From Selaginella moellendorffii (taxonomy: Eukaryota; Plantae; Lycopodiophyta), in contig NW_003314296.1 in the NCBI RefSeq assembly GCF_000143415.4, positions 124,001 through 188,000 on the forward strand: 64,000 bases of DNA. The letters run 5' to 3'. How positions within the stretch are numbered: position 1 is the first letter of the stretch; every line of letters begins with the position of its first letter. The notes beneath the pieces were generated by a model. It did no database searches and was not told where the DNA came from. It saw only the letters and a program-made list of their open reading frames with translations. The position numbers and the translations under genes are program-made. Positions 1-13,302 of this stretch are shown in pieces.

Positions 1-622
1 AACGGCTCACACCAGACTTCATCATTCTCTTCGTCGTAGAAGTACGTGGAAACCGCGATCATGATCAGGAGACCATGCATAGCAAGCGCTACTCTGTGCT
101 TCCTCAATTCTCTGCGAGTGTAATTATTCCCCTGGAGACATGGATCTCCCGATCTGCCAAATTGAGCTTTGAGCTCAATAATGCCTGCTACCGTCAGTTT
201 GGACTTTACCTTCAGAACATGTCGCCGAGATGGGAACTTGGTAGTTCTCTAACCAATCATTAATTTGTTGACAAGCCGCAGCATGCTGAGTAACGAATTC
301 TATGCTGTTCAGGCAGGCACTGAACCTGGAGACAAACTGGAGATCCTCCTACACAATTGACGCATTTTTTAGTTTGCCACCAGCTGCACGAACTCTTCCT
401 GGAGCAAGATCAGAGGAAAGGGAGGATCATGGCCATAAGGTCGGTAACACCTGTAGACAGGCCGGTCATCCTGATACTGGGTTGAAAAGCTCGTGCCTGC
501 TGGAGGTCTTCTAGTTTCTCTTGTGTTTTATCTTTCTCTGCTCTCAAGTTTGAGAGAGAGCCGCGCTTGACGTAAGTGTAGAGCGTGAAGGTAGACTTTG
601 ATACATCCTTGTTGCTGGTCAC
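1..622 (-). pseudogene. Decayed Crinkler-type restriction-endonuclease-fold (REase) gene, running off the left edge
   Basis: Minus-strand translation across frameshifts/stops gives ...LILLQEEFVQLVAN*...EDLQFVSRFSACLNSIEFVTQHAAACQQINDWLENYQVPISATCSEGKVQTDG / GIIELKAQFGRSGDPCLQGNNY...GLLIMIAVSTYFYDEENDEVWCEP. TDG...IIELK...G..GDP..QG..Y resembles the PD-(D/E)xK REase found N-terminal to kinases in CR effector-like proteins (recognised by eye). Confidence 0.5.
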
Positions 623-3600
623 TGCAAGTCTTCAATACCAGAAACTTGTCCCAGGGACGAAGGCGTCCAAATGGCCCTAGAGTCCTGATGAGTAAACCAT
701 ATCAGGCTTTGTCTATGACGAACAAAATCTTGAGCTTTAGGCCCTTGAGATCTTCATTGGACTTTCCCACTAGTGGCGGCAACTCTTCCCCTTCGTCCCA
801 AACGTTGGATTCTTTTCCATGTAGCTCATTCTTTTCTTTTGAGACAGCTTATGTGGCTTGTGTTTCCGACTATTGATATTGTCCAAGCACTAGACTCCCG
901 ACCATACTATGCTAGATAAGCAATGGCCCGGAAGTGACAGCTCTGTCATAGAAGAATTGGCAATGGCGGAGGAAGGGGCCTCACACTTCGACATTTCCAC
1001 ACATTGTCTAAATCACTCACAGTTTGACGGGAATGCTTCCTTCAAAGTCAAATTTACAAGGGGCGTGCCCAGCCGTGGCTCACCACCATCCTCCTGCACA
1101 TAAGGTCGCCTTTTCATTACAACTATTACTCAGAGATCAGTGCTTCTCATCTCTTCATTTGAATAGAATGTAAATGCATTACTGTACACTAAATAATGGC
1201 TAACTAACATCGTTGTCAAAATGTTTCCACTTTTTTTTCTTGATCAGAATGGAAGTTTTATTAGAATGGATAGCAAGATATTGAATATGTAAATCCTACA
1301 TATCTCAGTTCCTACTTGCAAAGTTCATAAAAACCTTGAAACTTGCGTGCTTTTTTGGTACAGATCTGCAAATCCAGCAAGAACCAAAACCTTGAAAATC
1401 TAACTGAGTTAATAAGCGTTTGACTTAAGCTCAACTCAACTTCTTGAAACAAATGCCCAACCAGGAAAGTGTTTTTATAACTAACATGGTATGGCAAACT
1501 GCAACTGGATCAAGACGAAGACATGATATTACAAAGTTCAATGATTCGATAGCAAATTATAGAACAACATGTTCTTTAGTTTGTGATATGTATAAGATTT
1601 GATATGACATTTACAAATGTGACGTTTTAAAAATGTTTTCCTAGTTTTCTCATTTTGGTCTAGTGCAGTCGTTGTTCTTGCTACACTTGAGAAGAGGAGG
1701 TGAGCTAGGTCTGGTGAGTGGTGCTTCTACTTGCTTTGTGAGTGGCACTTCTATTAGCTGTGAGTTTAGGTGAGTGGGTTGGTGTGAGAAGTGCTTCCAC
1801 TTGCTGTGGTTTATGCGTGAGTTTGTTCAAGCAGCAGTTCTTCTTGCAATTTAGTTTGCTCGCACTTTCTCTTACTAGTGCTTCCTATTGTTATCACTTC
1901 TACTGCACTTATAAGGATTTTTCATATTTCCATTCCTTTAATCTCATGTGTGGCTTTGATATCTCAAATGGCAGGGGTCCAAGATGGCATGAGAGCTCAT
2001 GCTATTAGTGGTAGTCACCCACGTTCACAAATGGCATGAGGCCTTATACTATCTTGGTCCCTTGCCATTTTGAGAATGAAATCACATAGGCTTCCTATCA
2101 TGCCTGCTATGGTGTGTATTTCAAGATGGCATGAGGCCTCATATTATCTTATATGATGTTAGGCTAAGGTTGTTCTGCAATTGCTATGCTTTTGTTTGAA
2201 TCGCATCAAGTGCATCTTCTAAAGCACAAGGCATCTCTAATAATTTCAACAATTAGATAAGGCATGTTTTCAAGCTACCACTGTCAATGTCATCACATAG
2301 ACATTTATGTATTTATCAGATGTTTTGGTCTTAACTCCCTTTCTAATATAGAATTGCCTTCAATTTATCAAGGATGGGAATCCAGTTGCAAACAAGACTC
2401 TTGTGTTCATGGATCAAAACTTCATTATGCACTGTTAAAGGCTTGAGGAAGGGAATGTTGTTATGTCAGTGGAGGCTGTCTTGGAGTGTAACCCTTATTC
2501 GAGGATGGCTGTCAAGCGTTGAGCGTCACTACGTGAGAGAAGAGCGCCAAGAGTAATTGTTGTACGAGAAATATAACCTAAAACCCTAATATATTGGAAA
2601 TCCAGACTCTTGAGATCTTCAAAAGTCACAAGTCATACCATATATTCCCGCCACTTTTAATGTTATGGATTGCACATCTTGTGCCACATTGAACATCCTT
2701 GAATTCAACCAGCTGGGACACACATAATCTAAAAACAATTATTAGAGAATGTATTAGAGAGATATAAGACCAGTAAGCTTTAAGATGCCATTTTCAAATA
2801 CCTACTCTGTGACAGAATAAAAGACAACTTGGCATCTTGGTGATCAAGTGGAAGAGCACCCTGGGATGAGTTTTGCTTTCTCTAGGGCATAACAGGTGGC
2901 TCTAGTTTTGCGATATGTTGCATGAGAGGTAGAGAATTCATGCTTCATGCTTTATGTTATTTCTCTTTGTACTTGTTAGTCCCCAAAGGACATTGGGAAT
3001 ATACATATATGTTACATCAGATATTTAATGCCCTCATGAACTTGAAATTAATTGTTGCCAACTGAAATATGCCCATTCAGTACAAAGACTAGCTTCAAGA
3101 TGCTATTATCAATCAAAACAAACGTTCCATATTGTCAAAGTTCCACGAGAACGAAATTCTCTTGTTTCTTTGAGAAAACTTCTACTAAAGATCTTTAATT
3201 TCTTCCTTTCCAGGGGGCTAGCCTGTATCAACCAGCTTCCATGGCGAATGAAAAACTCCATGTCTACTCCCAGTACGCCATAGGAGATCTGGCAACGAGG
3301 TGCAATACTCACGGAACTTGTCCAGGATCTTGCGCCAGCAGCTCCTGATGTAGATGTGATCCATGCACATAGGCAAGAAATGGTCTAGCGTTCGCACAAG
3401 GAACGTCCAGAGTTCCCTCGGTAATAAAATGATTTTGGAGATTGAGAGATCGCGCTCGCCGAAGCCCCACCACGCCTCCTACACTTTGCTTTGTCATGGA
3501 AGCAGCTCAAACTCCAAAAGAGTTTCTCGCGCTGGATCGTCATGTTGCCCGGCACTCGATACATGGATTCGTAGACCAAACTCTCGGAGTATGCCCCTCC

Positions 3601-3935
3601 GGTTTTGGTCTCCACATTCTTCCAGCAACTATCCGGAGCTGGAGCTGGAGCTGGAGACGGTGTAATGTCGCTAGCTGCGTAGCGACTATCAATACCACAA
3701 GTAAAGAGAGACAAACTTGTGACGTGCCATGGCCTCTGATGGATTGGAAGAGAGATTTTTATAACGAAGTAGCGATAGAAACTTTGCGAGGGAAGCCCCG
3801 ACTGCGCAGAATTTCCAAAGCAATGCCTTGCTGTGATCTCTAAGACTTCGAAAGTGCCTGGCCTGATAAACAGTACTTCGTAGTGACGACCAAAAGAAAG
3901 GACAGACTTTTGCGTACCTGCTACTGCAGCGTCTT

Positions 3936-5374
<1,439 letters not shown>

Positions 5375-5553
5375 TGCCCCTGTTTGAATGAACCGATGAT
5401 AAACCCTAAAAGAAGACGTACATAACAAAGTATATTCTCTTTCGTACAGATACTTGTTGATGCTAAATATTTCTAGGGCTCAAGCGAGCATCACAATGCG
5501 CTGATATTCCAGCGCCTTCTCTTCGTCTTTCCCATCGATCGAGCTCCAGTGTG
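5375..5553. promoter_or_regulatory. Bidirectional promoter (179 bp between start codons) with telo-box AAACCCTA at 5401
   Basis: Divergent ATGs at 5374 (-) and 5554 (+); aaaccctaaa at 5401-5410. Confidence 0.6.
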
Positions 5554-8500
5554 ATGCTATCTCGCGCCGTGCTGCGAAGGCGTGGAGCAGGAGGATTCAA
5601 GGCAATGGAGCTCGCATCAGTGCTCAACGTCGGCAATCGCTGCTCGCCAGGGATTCTCAGGCGCTTCCCTCATCACAGGAATCAGCTCGCTTGCTTCAGC
5701 CGCGTCTCGCGTCGAGCTCCATCGCCGGGCGACGCATTTGGAGCGTCTCTCTCCGTGTCGAGGAGGAAGCTTTGCAACGCTCCCCAAGCCGCGGTCGCTG
5801 CTCCAGCGCCGAAGATTGGTAAGAAATCCTCGTAATATCGATGAGAGTGATTGGATGGGATTGAATTGAATCGCTCGTTCTTCCAGGAGCCAATCCGGAC
5901 GTTGTCAAGGAGCTGGGATTTGAGGAAGTGAGGGAAGAGTTTATTTCCGAGTACAAATCTACTGCTGTGCTCTATCGACACAAGAAGACTGGGGCGGAGG
6001 TCATGTCGGTCGTGAACGAGGACGAGAACAAGGTCTTTGGAATCGTGTTTAGAACACCACCGTAAGCAATATATGAGTTTCATCCTGCTCACCCTCATTT
6101 CTTTGCCTTTGTTTTTTTGGTTTCTATGTGCAGCAAAGACTCCAAAGGAATTCCACACATTCTCGAGCACAGCGTTCTTTGTGGCTCCAGAAAATATCCT
6201 CTCAAAGAGCCATTTGTTGAGCTGCTCAAGGGAAGCTTGCATACGTTTCTGAATGCGTTCACGTATCCCGACCGGACTTGCTACCCTGTGGCTTCCACAA
6301 ACTTAAAGGTTAGTGATTGATTTTCCAGGTATTTGTTGATGGATCGAGTTTTCCACTTCCTTGCAGGATTTTTACAACCTAGTGGATGTTTATTTGGACG
6401 CTGTTTTTCATCCTCGTTGCGTAAGCGACCCGCAAATCTTTCAACAGGAAGGTTGGCATTACGAAGTTAACGATTTGTCTGAAGACCTCACATACAAAGG
6501 CAAGTTATTTGTCACTTCGAAGCTCCTTGTTGACTGGTGTCTATGGTGTTACACGCAGGTGTTGTGTTCAACGAAATGAAAGGTGTTTATTCGCAACCAG
6601 ATAGTGTTCTCGGCCGAATTTGCCAGCAGGTATGAGCCGCTTTTTAAGTTTGATATTTTTAAAAATTCATTCTTTCATTTTCTTTCATTGAAGGAATTAT
6701 TTCCTAATAATGCGTATAATGTGGACAGTGGTGGGGATCCATCTGTGATTCCTGATCTAACGTTTGAAGAGTTTCAGGTATTCTCGCTCTCTCTCATGAT
6801 TGTTATGTGACGAATTTACAATGATTAACAGGAGTTCCATAGAAAGTTCTATCATCCCAGTAATGCGAGGATATGGTTTTATGGGGACGATGATCCAACT
6901 GAACGACTTCGAATCGTGAATGGTCAGTGTGTTAAGTTTATGGTTCGTGCATTTACTGATCCGTGTGAGGAGCAGCCTATCTATCTAATTTTGAAGCCAA
7001 CAACTCAGCAGCAGAATCCGAAGTTAAACCTCAAAGTCTTCTCTCTGAGCCAAAGAAGATTAAAGAGAAATATGCAGTAGGAGAGGAGACTGACACGTCC
7101 AAAAAGCATATGGTCTCTATGAACTGGCTTCTTTCAGACAAGCCATTGGATCTGGAAACTGAGCTAGCTCTCGGCTTTCTAGATCATCTAATGCTAGGGA
7201 CGCCAGCAGCACCTCTAAGAAAGACGTTGCTTGAAAGTCACCTGGGAGAGGCTCTTACTTCAAGCGGAGTAGAAGATGACCTCCTTCAACCGCAATTTAG
7301 TATCGGCATGAAAGGCGTCGCCGAAAGTGATATCCCAGCAGTTGAGGAATTGATCGTATCTACATTACAAAAGCTAGCTGATGAAGGTTTCACGTCTGAA
7401 GCTGTCGAGGCTTCTATGAACACAATCGAGTTTGCACTAAGAGAGAACAACACTGGATCGTTCCCACGCGGACTATCTCTCATGCTGAGGTCGATGGTGA
7501 GTATTTTAGACATTTTGGTATTTAATGCATGCTCTTCTGACACTTCTTACAGGGTAACTGGCTGTATGGTCGTGATCCATTTGAACCTTTGAGATTCGCC
7601 AAGCCATTAGAAGATTTGAAGGCCAAGATAGCGACGGAGGGTGCTAAGGCAGTTTTCTCACCACTTATACAGAACTTCCTTCTTAGCAACAAGCATCTTG
7701 TGACTGTTGAGCTCCAGGTACGGTCTTACATGAAAAAGGTCCTTCGTACTGATTTGGAAGTGGTGTTGCTCAGCCGGATGCTGAAAAATCAGCAGAAATT
7801 GAAGCCTTGGAGAAGGAAAGACTGGCGAAGGTGAAAGCAAGCCTGGCAAAACAAGAGCTTGAGGAACTTGCTCGAGCAACCGAGGAGCTAAAGAAGCGCC
7901 AAGAAACGCCTGATCCTCCTGAGGCATTAAAAGCAGTACCATCTCTGTCACTGTCTGATATTCCAAAAGAGCCTATTCACGTTCCAATTGCTGTAAGTTC
8001 AATAATTAGCGTTCCTCATTGTCTAATGCCTGATTGATCAGATCGGTGAAATGCACGGCGCGACTATGTTACGTCATGATATCTTTACCAATGATGTCTT
8101 ATATGCAGAAGTTGCTTTTGAGCTGCGCACTGTTCCTTCTGAGCTTTTGCCCCTGGTTCCGCTTTTCTGGTCAGTACTACTTCTGTTCCTCTTATCGACG
8201 ATATTTAGTGGGCCGTTTAAATGTCCAGCCAATCTTTGCTCGAGATGGGAACAAAAGATATGGATTTTGTGTCGCTAAACCTGCTTATTGGTCGAAAGAC
8301 AGGAGGCATTTCTGTCTATCCTTCGACGTCCTCGGTTCGCGGGAAAAAAGAACCATCAAGCAAAATGATTATTCGTGGTAAAGCCATGGCTTCACAGGCG
8401 CAAGATCTCTTTAGTCTGGTATGTATTTTAGCATTCGTGGGCACTACTCTTACATGTCATGTATGTGATCAGATGCGAACAATCCTTCAAGACGTACAAT

Positions 8501-9809
8501 TTACTGACAAGGAACGATTTAAGCAGTTTGTGTCCCAGAGCAAGTCAGGCATGGAGGTAAAGTTGCCGGCACCATTTATCTCGCTGACAATTATCATAAA
8601 ACATTACAGAGCCGCCTTAGAGGTGCTGGCCACAGAATTGTGGCGTCACGGCTGGACGCAATGCTGAACATTCCTGGCGCTGTTGGAGAGAAAATGGGTG
8701 GTCTCAGGTACTTATAACTCCGCTTTAATTATCCTCTAAGTACCGTCTGTACAGTTATCTAGACTATCTGCGCGAATTAGAGAAGCAAGTGGACACCGAC
8801 TGGCCCGCAGTGCAACAGAATCTGGAAAGAATTCGGACGAGTTTTCTGTCTCGGAAAGGGGCCATCGTGAACTTGACAGCAGATGAGAAGAATTTGACCA
8901 AAGCAGACAGTTTTGTCAGTTCTCTACTCGAAGCCCTGCCTGAAACCGAGCCAGTTGTTTGCACGTGGAATGGTATTCTTCAACCATGCAATGAAGGCAT
9001 TATAGTTCCCACACAGGTAAGAGGAGAATCTCTCGTTCCCTTTTGTAACTTGGGCTTTTTTTCCCCCACAGGTGAACTACGTTGGTAAAGCAGCAAATTT
9101 GTACGATACAGGATATGAGCTCGATGGAAGCGCGTATGTTATTTCCAAGTACATTGGCAACACGTGGCTGTGGGATCGAGTGCGTGTGAGTGGTGGCGCT
9201 TACGGAGGCTTCTGCGACTTCGATTCTCATTCGGGTAATTCACCATCTAGTAGTTTCTCACAGTCACATTTCTGTCTCTCTCAGGCGTATTTACATACTT
9301 GTCCTACCGAGACCCGAATCTGGCAAAGACCATCGACAACTACGACTTAACCGTCCAGTTCCTGAGAGAGCTTGAACTGGACGATGACGCGCTCACCAAA
9401 GCTATCATTGGCACCATTGGAGATGTTGATTCGTATCAGCTTCCAGATGCAAAGGGTTACTCGAGGTACGCTGCACAAATCTACATTCCTTTTGGCATTT
9501 CCTTACCTCCTCTCGTCCATTCCAGTATGCTCCGCTACATTCTAGGAATCACAGAGGAAGAACGCAAGCTGCGAAGGGAGCAAATCCTATCAACAAGGTG
9601 CGTTGTCACTCTAATCACCACTGCTTTGATAGATCTTTACTCTTCCTCGCGTTTGTGCTGGCAGCCTCAGAGACTTCAAAGCGTTCGCGGACGTGCTTGA
9701 GCACGTCAAAGAGAAGGGCATTGTCGCGGCTGTAGCGTCCGCCGAGGACGTGGAATCCGCGAACAAGGAGCGGCCAGGCCTACTCCAGCCGAAGAAAGTC
9801 AGCCTGTAA
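5554..9809 (+). CDS. PREP: Presequence protease (pitrilysin family M16C), organelle-targeted, multi-exon
   Basis: Arg/Ser-rich transit peptide; inverted zinc motif GIPHILEHSVLCGSRKYP; FLNAFTYPDRTCYPVAS; ENNTGSFPRGL; WDRVRVSGGAYGG; YRDPNL; ends LLQPKKVSL-stop at 9809; many ~50-nt GT-AG introns. Confidence 0.95.
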
Positions 9810-10249
9810 ACAAACAAGACACGCACACACACACACGCACACCAGTTTTGTTATAAGAAAGGAATAAAGAGCGAATATCCTGGTCAACGGTTTAGGGTTT
9901 TTGTCGCTCTAAACATCCGAAACAAGAGTGTTCGTCCGTTGTGGATTCATCCTGGGCCAGCTCCACACTGCAGTCGAGCAGTAAAGCAAGAACTCTAAGA
10001 TCTTAGAAACTTGCTGACTTTGTTCTCGATGATCCCAGGTGCAACGAGACAAGTAAATTATACAAAAACTAAACTTTGATTTGCCAGGAGCTGCCACGCC
10101 GCTAGATTTTGACGGCTCTTTCAAAGCTTGTGACTAGATAATAGCGGCTCCCTTCTCGCACAAACTTTCAAAGCCTTACCACGTGCATGTCCCATAAACT
10201 AGAAATTGAACGCGCACCACCCGTCGCACGCCATAACATACACATACGT

Positions 10250-10687
10250 TACGTATTAAGATACCCACAGGGGAATGTTGGCGGCAGCGGGGCGTATTTA
10301 CTATCGTCTCATGTAAAAATGGTAAGACCGCAATTCTTCATTCCCGAGCTCCTCCTCTCTTTTCTTTCGGCTGTCGATCGATCCATCGAATGAGGCGGCG
10401 GCGCGAGCAGCAGGATATCAGCGAGTCTGATCACGATTTCGAAAGGCATCAGTTGAAGGTTCTGTACCTAGAACACACAAGATACAATCCTTCTTCTAAA
10501 AAGGAAGAGGGCTGTCGAAGAAGGAGGAGGGATATGCCTTCGCAAGCAAGGCATATTCACTCTTCTGTCGATCGCAATCTGGATCTGGAAGACCAGCCCT
10601 GGAAGAATTTCTACTCTTCCAGTTGAATGAGTTGTGTGCCGAAAAATAAAAAAGTGTTTTGAGGTATGATATCTTTCCTTTTCTCAG
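10250..10687 (+). pseudogene. Deletion-riddled miniature copy of the WOX locus (promoter, exon 1 start, last-exon end, 3' UTR; homeobox lost)
   Basis: Collinear blocks match 13017-14758: acgtattaa..gggaatgt.ggc.gcagcg, aaaaatggtaag, cctcctctcttttctttcgg, gaatgaggcgg..cgagcagcagg, ggagggatatgcctt..gcaaggcatatt, ggtatgatatct..ttttctcag. Confidence 0.75.
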
Positions 10688-10689
10688 GG

Positions 10690-11650
10690 TAAGAGCTGGC
10701 ACGTCCAGAAAGCCTATGGTGTCTATGAACTGGCTTCTTCAGTCAAGGATCTGGAGACAGTGTGTTAGCTCTCGGCTCGATCGATCGTCTAATGCTAGGG
10801 ACGGCACCTCACAGGATTCATTTTCTCTTACCGACGATAGATATTCAAATGGGCCATTTGAATGTCCATTGCTAGTAACAAAAGACTTGTGTCGCTAAAC
10901 CTAAATTCGGTTCGCGGGTAAAGCCCAAGATCTCTTTACTAGTAGCAGTTATAGGCAATACTCATGTATGTGATCAGATGCGAACGAACACAAGGAACGA
11001 TTTAAGCGAATTATCATAAAAGCATTACAGAGCATGCGCGTCACGGCTGGAACCCATGAACGTTCCTGGCGCTGTTGTGTCGGTTTGTACAGATCTGTGA
11101 GTGGTGGCGAACGGAGGCTTCCGGAAAATGGAAGTGAATTCGTCTGAGAACAACGTTTGTCGATGGGAGCTCGAGCTAGCAGTTGGACTTGCGACGTCTC
11201 TGCTAAAGCTCGAGACACCGCGTTTAGCAGTTTCTCACGGTCTCTCTTTCACTCCCCGAATCTGGTAAGACCCTCGACAACAAGTCCAGTTCATGAGAGA
11301 GCTTGAACTGGACGGTACCAAAGCCATCATTAGCACCATTGGAGATGTTGATTTTGTCAGTGCGCCCTCTTTCGTCCATTCCAGTACATTCTCCGCCTGC
11401 TACGTGCTAGGAATCACAGAGGAAGAACGCAAGCTGTTCAAGGGATCTATCGCGTATCACTGACCTATACTCTTCCTCGCGAGTTTTCAAAGCGTTCGCG
11501 GACATTTGGAGCACGTCAAAGAGAAAGGCGTTGTTTTGCGACTGTGGCGTCCGCGACGACGTGGAATCATTGTGGACTTTGAGATGGATGGCTACACAGT
11601 TCCATAAGAGAGAGGAATAATCAATAAAATACACAGTTTAGGGTTTATCC
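10690..11650 (+). pseudogene. Deletion-riddled miniature copy of the 3' part of PreP
   Basis: Collinear matches to ~7085-9900 including intron sequence (tctatgaactggcttctt, tgtgtcgctaaacct, catgtatgtgatcagatgcgaac, gagagagcttgaactggacg, ctaggaatcacagaggaagaacgcaagctg, tttagggttt); no open frame. Confidence 0.85.
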
Positions 11651-11919
11651 CAGAAAGGTTTTTTTTTCCCACTGTAGTTTGTGAAAACTCTTTAATCAGG
11701 GGGTCTCTTATAAAATCTGGTCAGCGCATTGACAGGCAGGCATGTGATCAAAAGCGTAAGTTGGTGCGGCCGGGTTTGACTTTTTGCAACTTCGTGCATG
11801 TTAGGAACCACTTCGACGATGTGCGCGTAGAATTCTGGTCGTTAAAATAGTATTATTTTATATCACACATTGATTTAACGTCGGCCCGGTGACCATTCGC
11901 TCAGGCTGCGCTTGGATCC

Positions 11920-12384
11920 ATGGGCAAGTTCCGCTCCGCGTTGCTGCTCCTCTCTTTGATTACAACTGCGGGCTTGGTGTTACAGAGCTGCGAATCCAGA
12001 TTCCTGGAGAATGATCACGGGGGACTTGCTTTTAAAGGTACTAAAACCATTCTAAGCATGAAATATCCATCGTTGATCTTTATAGAGCTGGAAGATGTGA
12101 TCTTTTCAAATGACGAGACGAGCTCTTTGCCATCACAGAAATTCGAAGAGCAGGAGGTGAGTTTGTCTCCATTTCAAAGCTCTAAGATAGAGGCGAGTTT
12201 CCAAGCATGAGTATTTTTTAACACGAATAATCCCTAGAATCTGTCTAGTATTCCGTTCGAGAGCGGATGTGAGCCATTCGACGCAAGCCCAATCTGCAGG
12301 CGTCGAGGCCTTTCAGAACAGGATGACGATTACACGCTGCCTGCCGCAAATGTTCGTGACGAGGCCGCACTGAGCCCAACATAG
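11920..12384 (+). CDS. Small secreted peptide precursor (111 aa, 3 exons), PSY/phytosulfokine-like
   Basis: Exons 11920-12037, 12086-12156, 12238-12384 with GT-AG introns in compatible phase; signal peptide MGKFRSALLLLSLITTAGLVLQSCES; acidic pro-region; C-terminus GCEPFDASPICRRRGLSEQDDDYTLPAANVRDEAALSPT-stop. Confidence 0.7.
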
Positions 12385-12772
12385 GATGAAATAAAAGAGA
12401 GAGATTGGGAGTGAGAGTAAAACAAAAGAGAGAACAGTAGTTTTTTCTTCTGGTTCGAATCCGATTGGCATCTTTTTTCTTAGCATAATTTTGTTTGGGT
12501 GGTGGTTCTATCTGCTCCTGCAGGTTTCATGTGATCCTTAAATTCCAATGCATTTCTCAAGAAAGCTTGAAGCCCCAGATTCATGATAGACAAGGAAGCC
12601 ACATCTAATGCTCTCTAGATACTGCTCTTGAAAATCTCATCACACCCAATCACGCTTCAGTGCCCCCCTGCAACAATGCAAGGCTGCAGCTGCTGCTAGC
12701 ATCTCAAATCCCAATCCAAATCTTTCTCAACATTGGAGAAGAGGAAAACAATATAAAAACAAGAAGAATTTC

Positions 12773-12793
12773 AGAAGAAGAAGAAGAAGAAGA
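12773..12793 (+). repeat. (GAA)n microsatellite
   Basis: agaagaagaagaagaagaaga upstream of WOX. Confidence 0.8.
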
Positions 12794-13302
12794 ACGCAGA
12801 TGATTTTCTTGTATAGAAAAGAAAAAGATTTGAGACGAAGAGATTGTGATTAATTAACATTAAGGTAGCATGCTAATGCTGCGTGAATTTTAAAGTTGTG
12901 ACGTTGCTTGATTATCTTAACCCTCCGAAGGTTGTCGTTGACGGTTTTTACTCGGCACGCAAAAGTACAGAAAAACTTACCAAATACATACCGGCTGGGA
13001 GAGAATTTCTCTGGATACGTATTAAACTACGCACAAGGGAATGTAGGCCGCAGCGCGGGCAGTAAGTATTGATTTGTGGGAAGGTATTTACTGGCGTCAC
13101 AAAGTAAGTAAAAATGGTAAGTGCGAAGGAATATACCTGACGCAGTGATTACGTCGTCAACCCCAAAGATCAGGTGGAAACACAACACGACCCGGCGCTC
13201 TCTTCTTTTCTCCTCCATATCTCCAGCTCCCTGTGCGAGCAACTCGATCCCTCCTCTCTTTTCTTTCGGTTGTTCTTCACTAGATCGATCGACCCCGGAA
13301 GA

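Noticed and set aside
3100-3850. Several overlapping ORFs downstream of NUDX19
   Set aside because: No recognisable motif or consistent splice structure; the 272-aa ORF partly overlaps the NUDX19 last exon in another frame.
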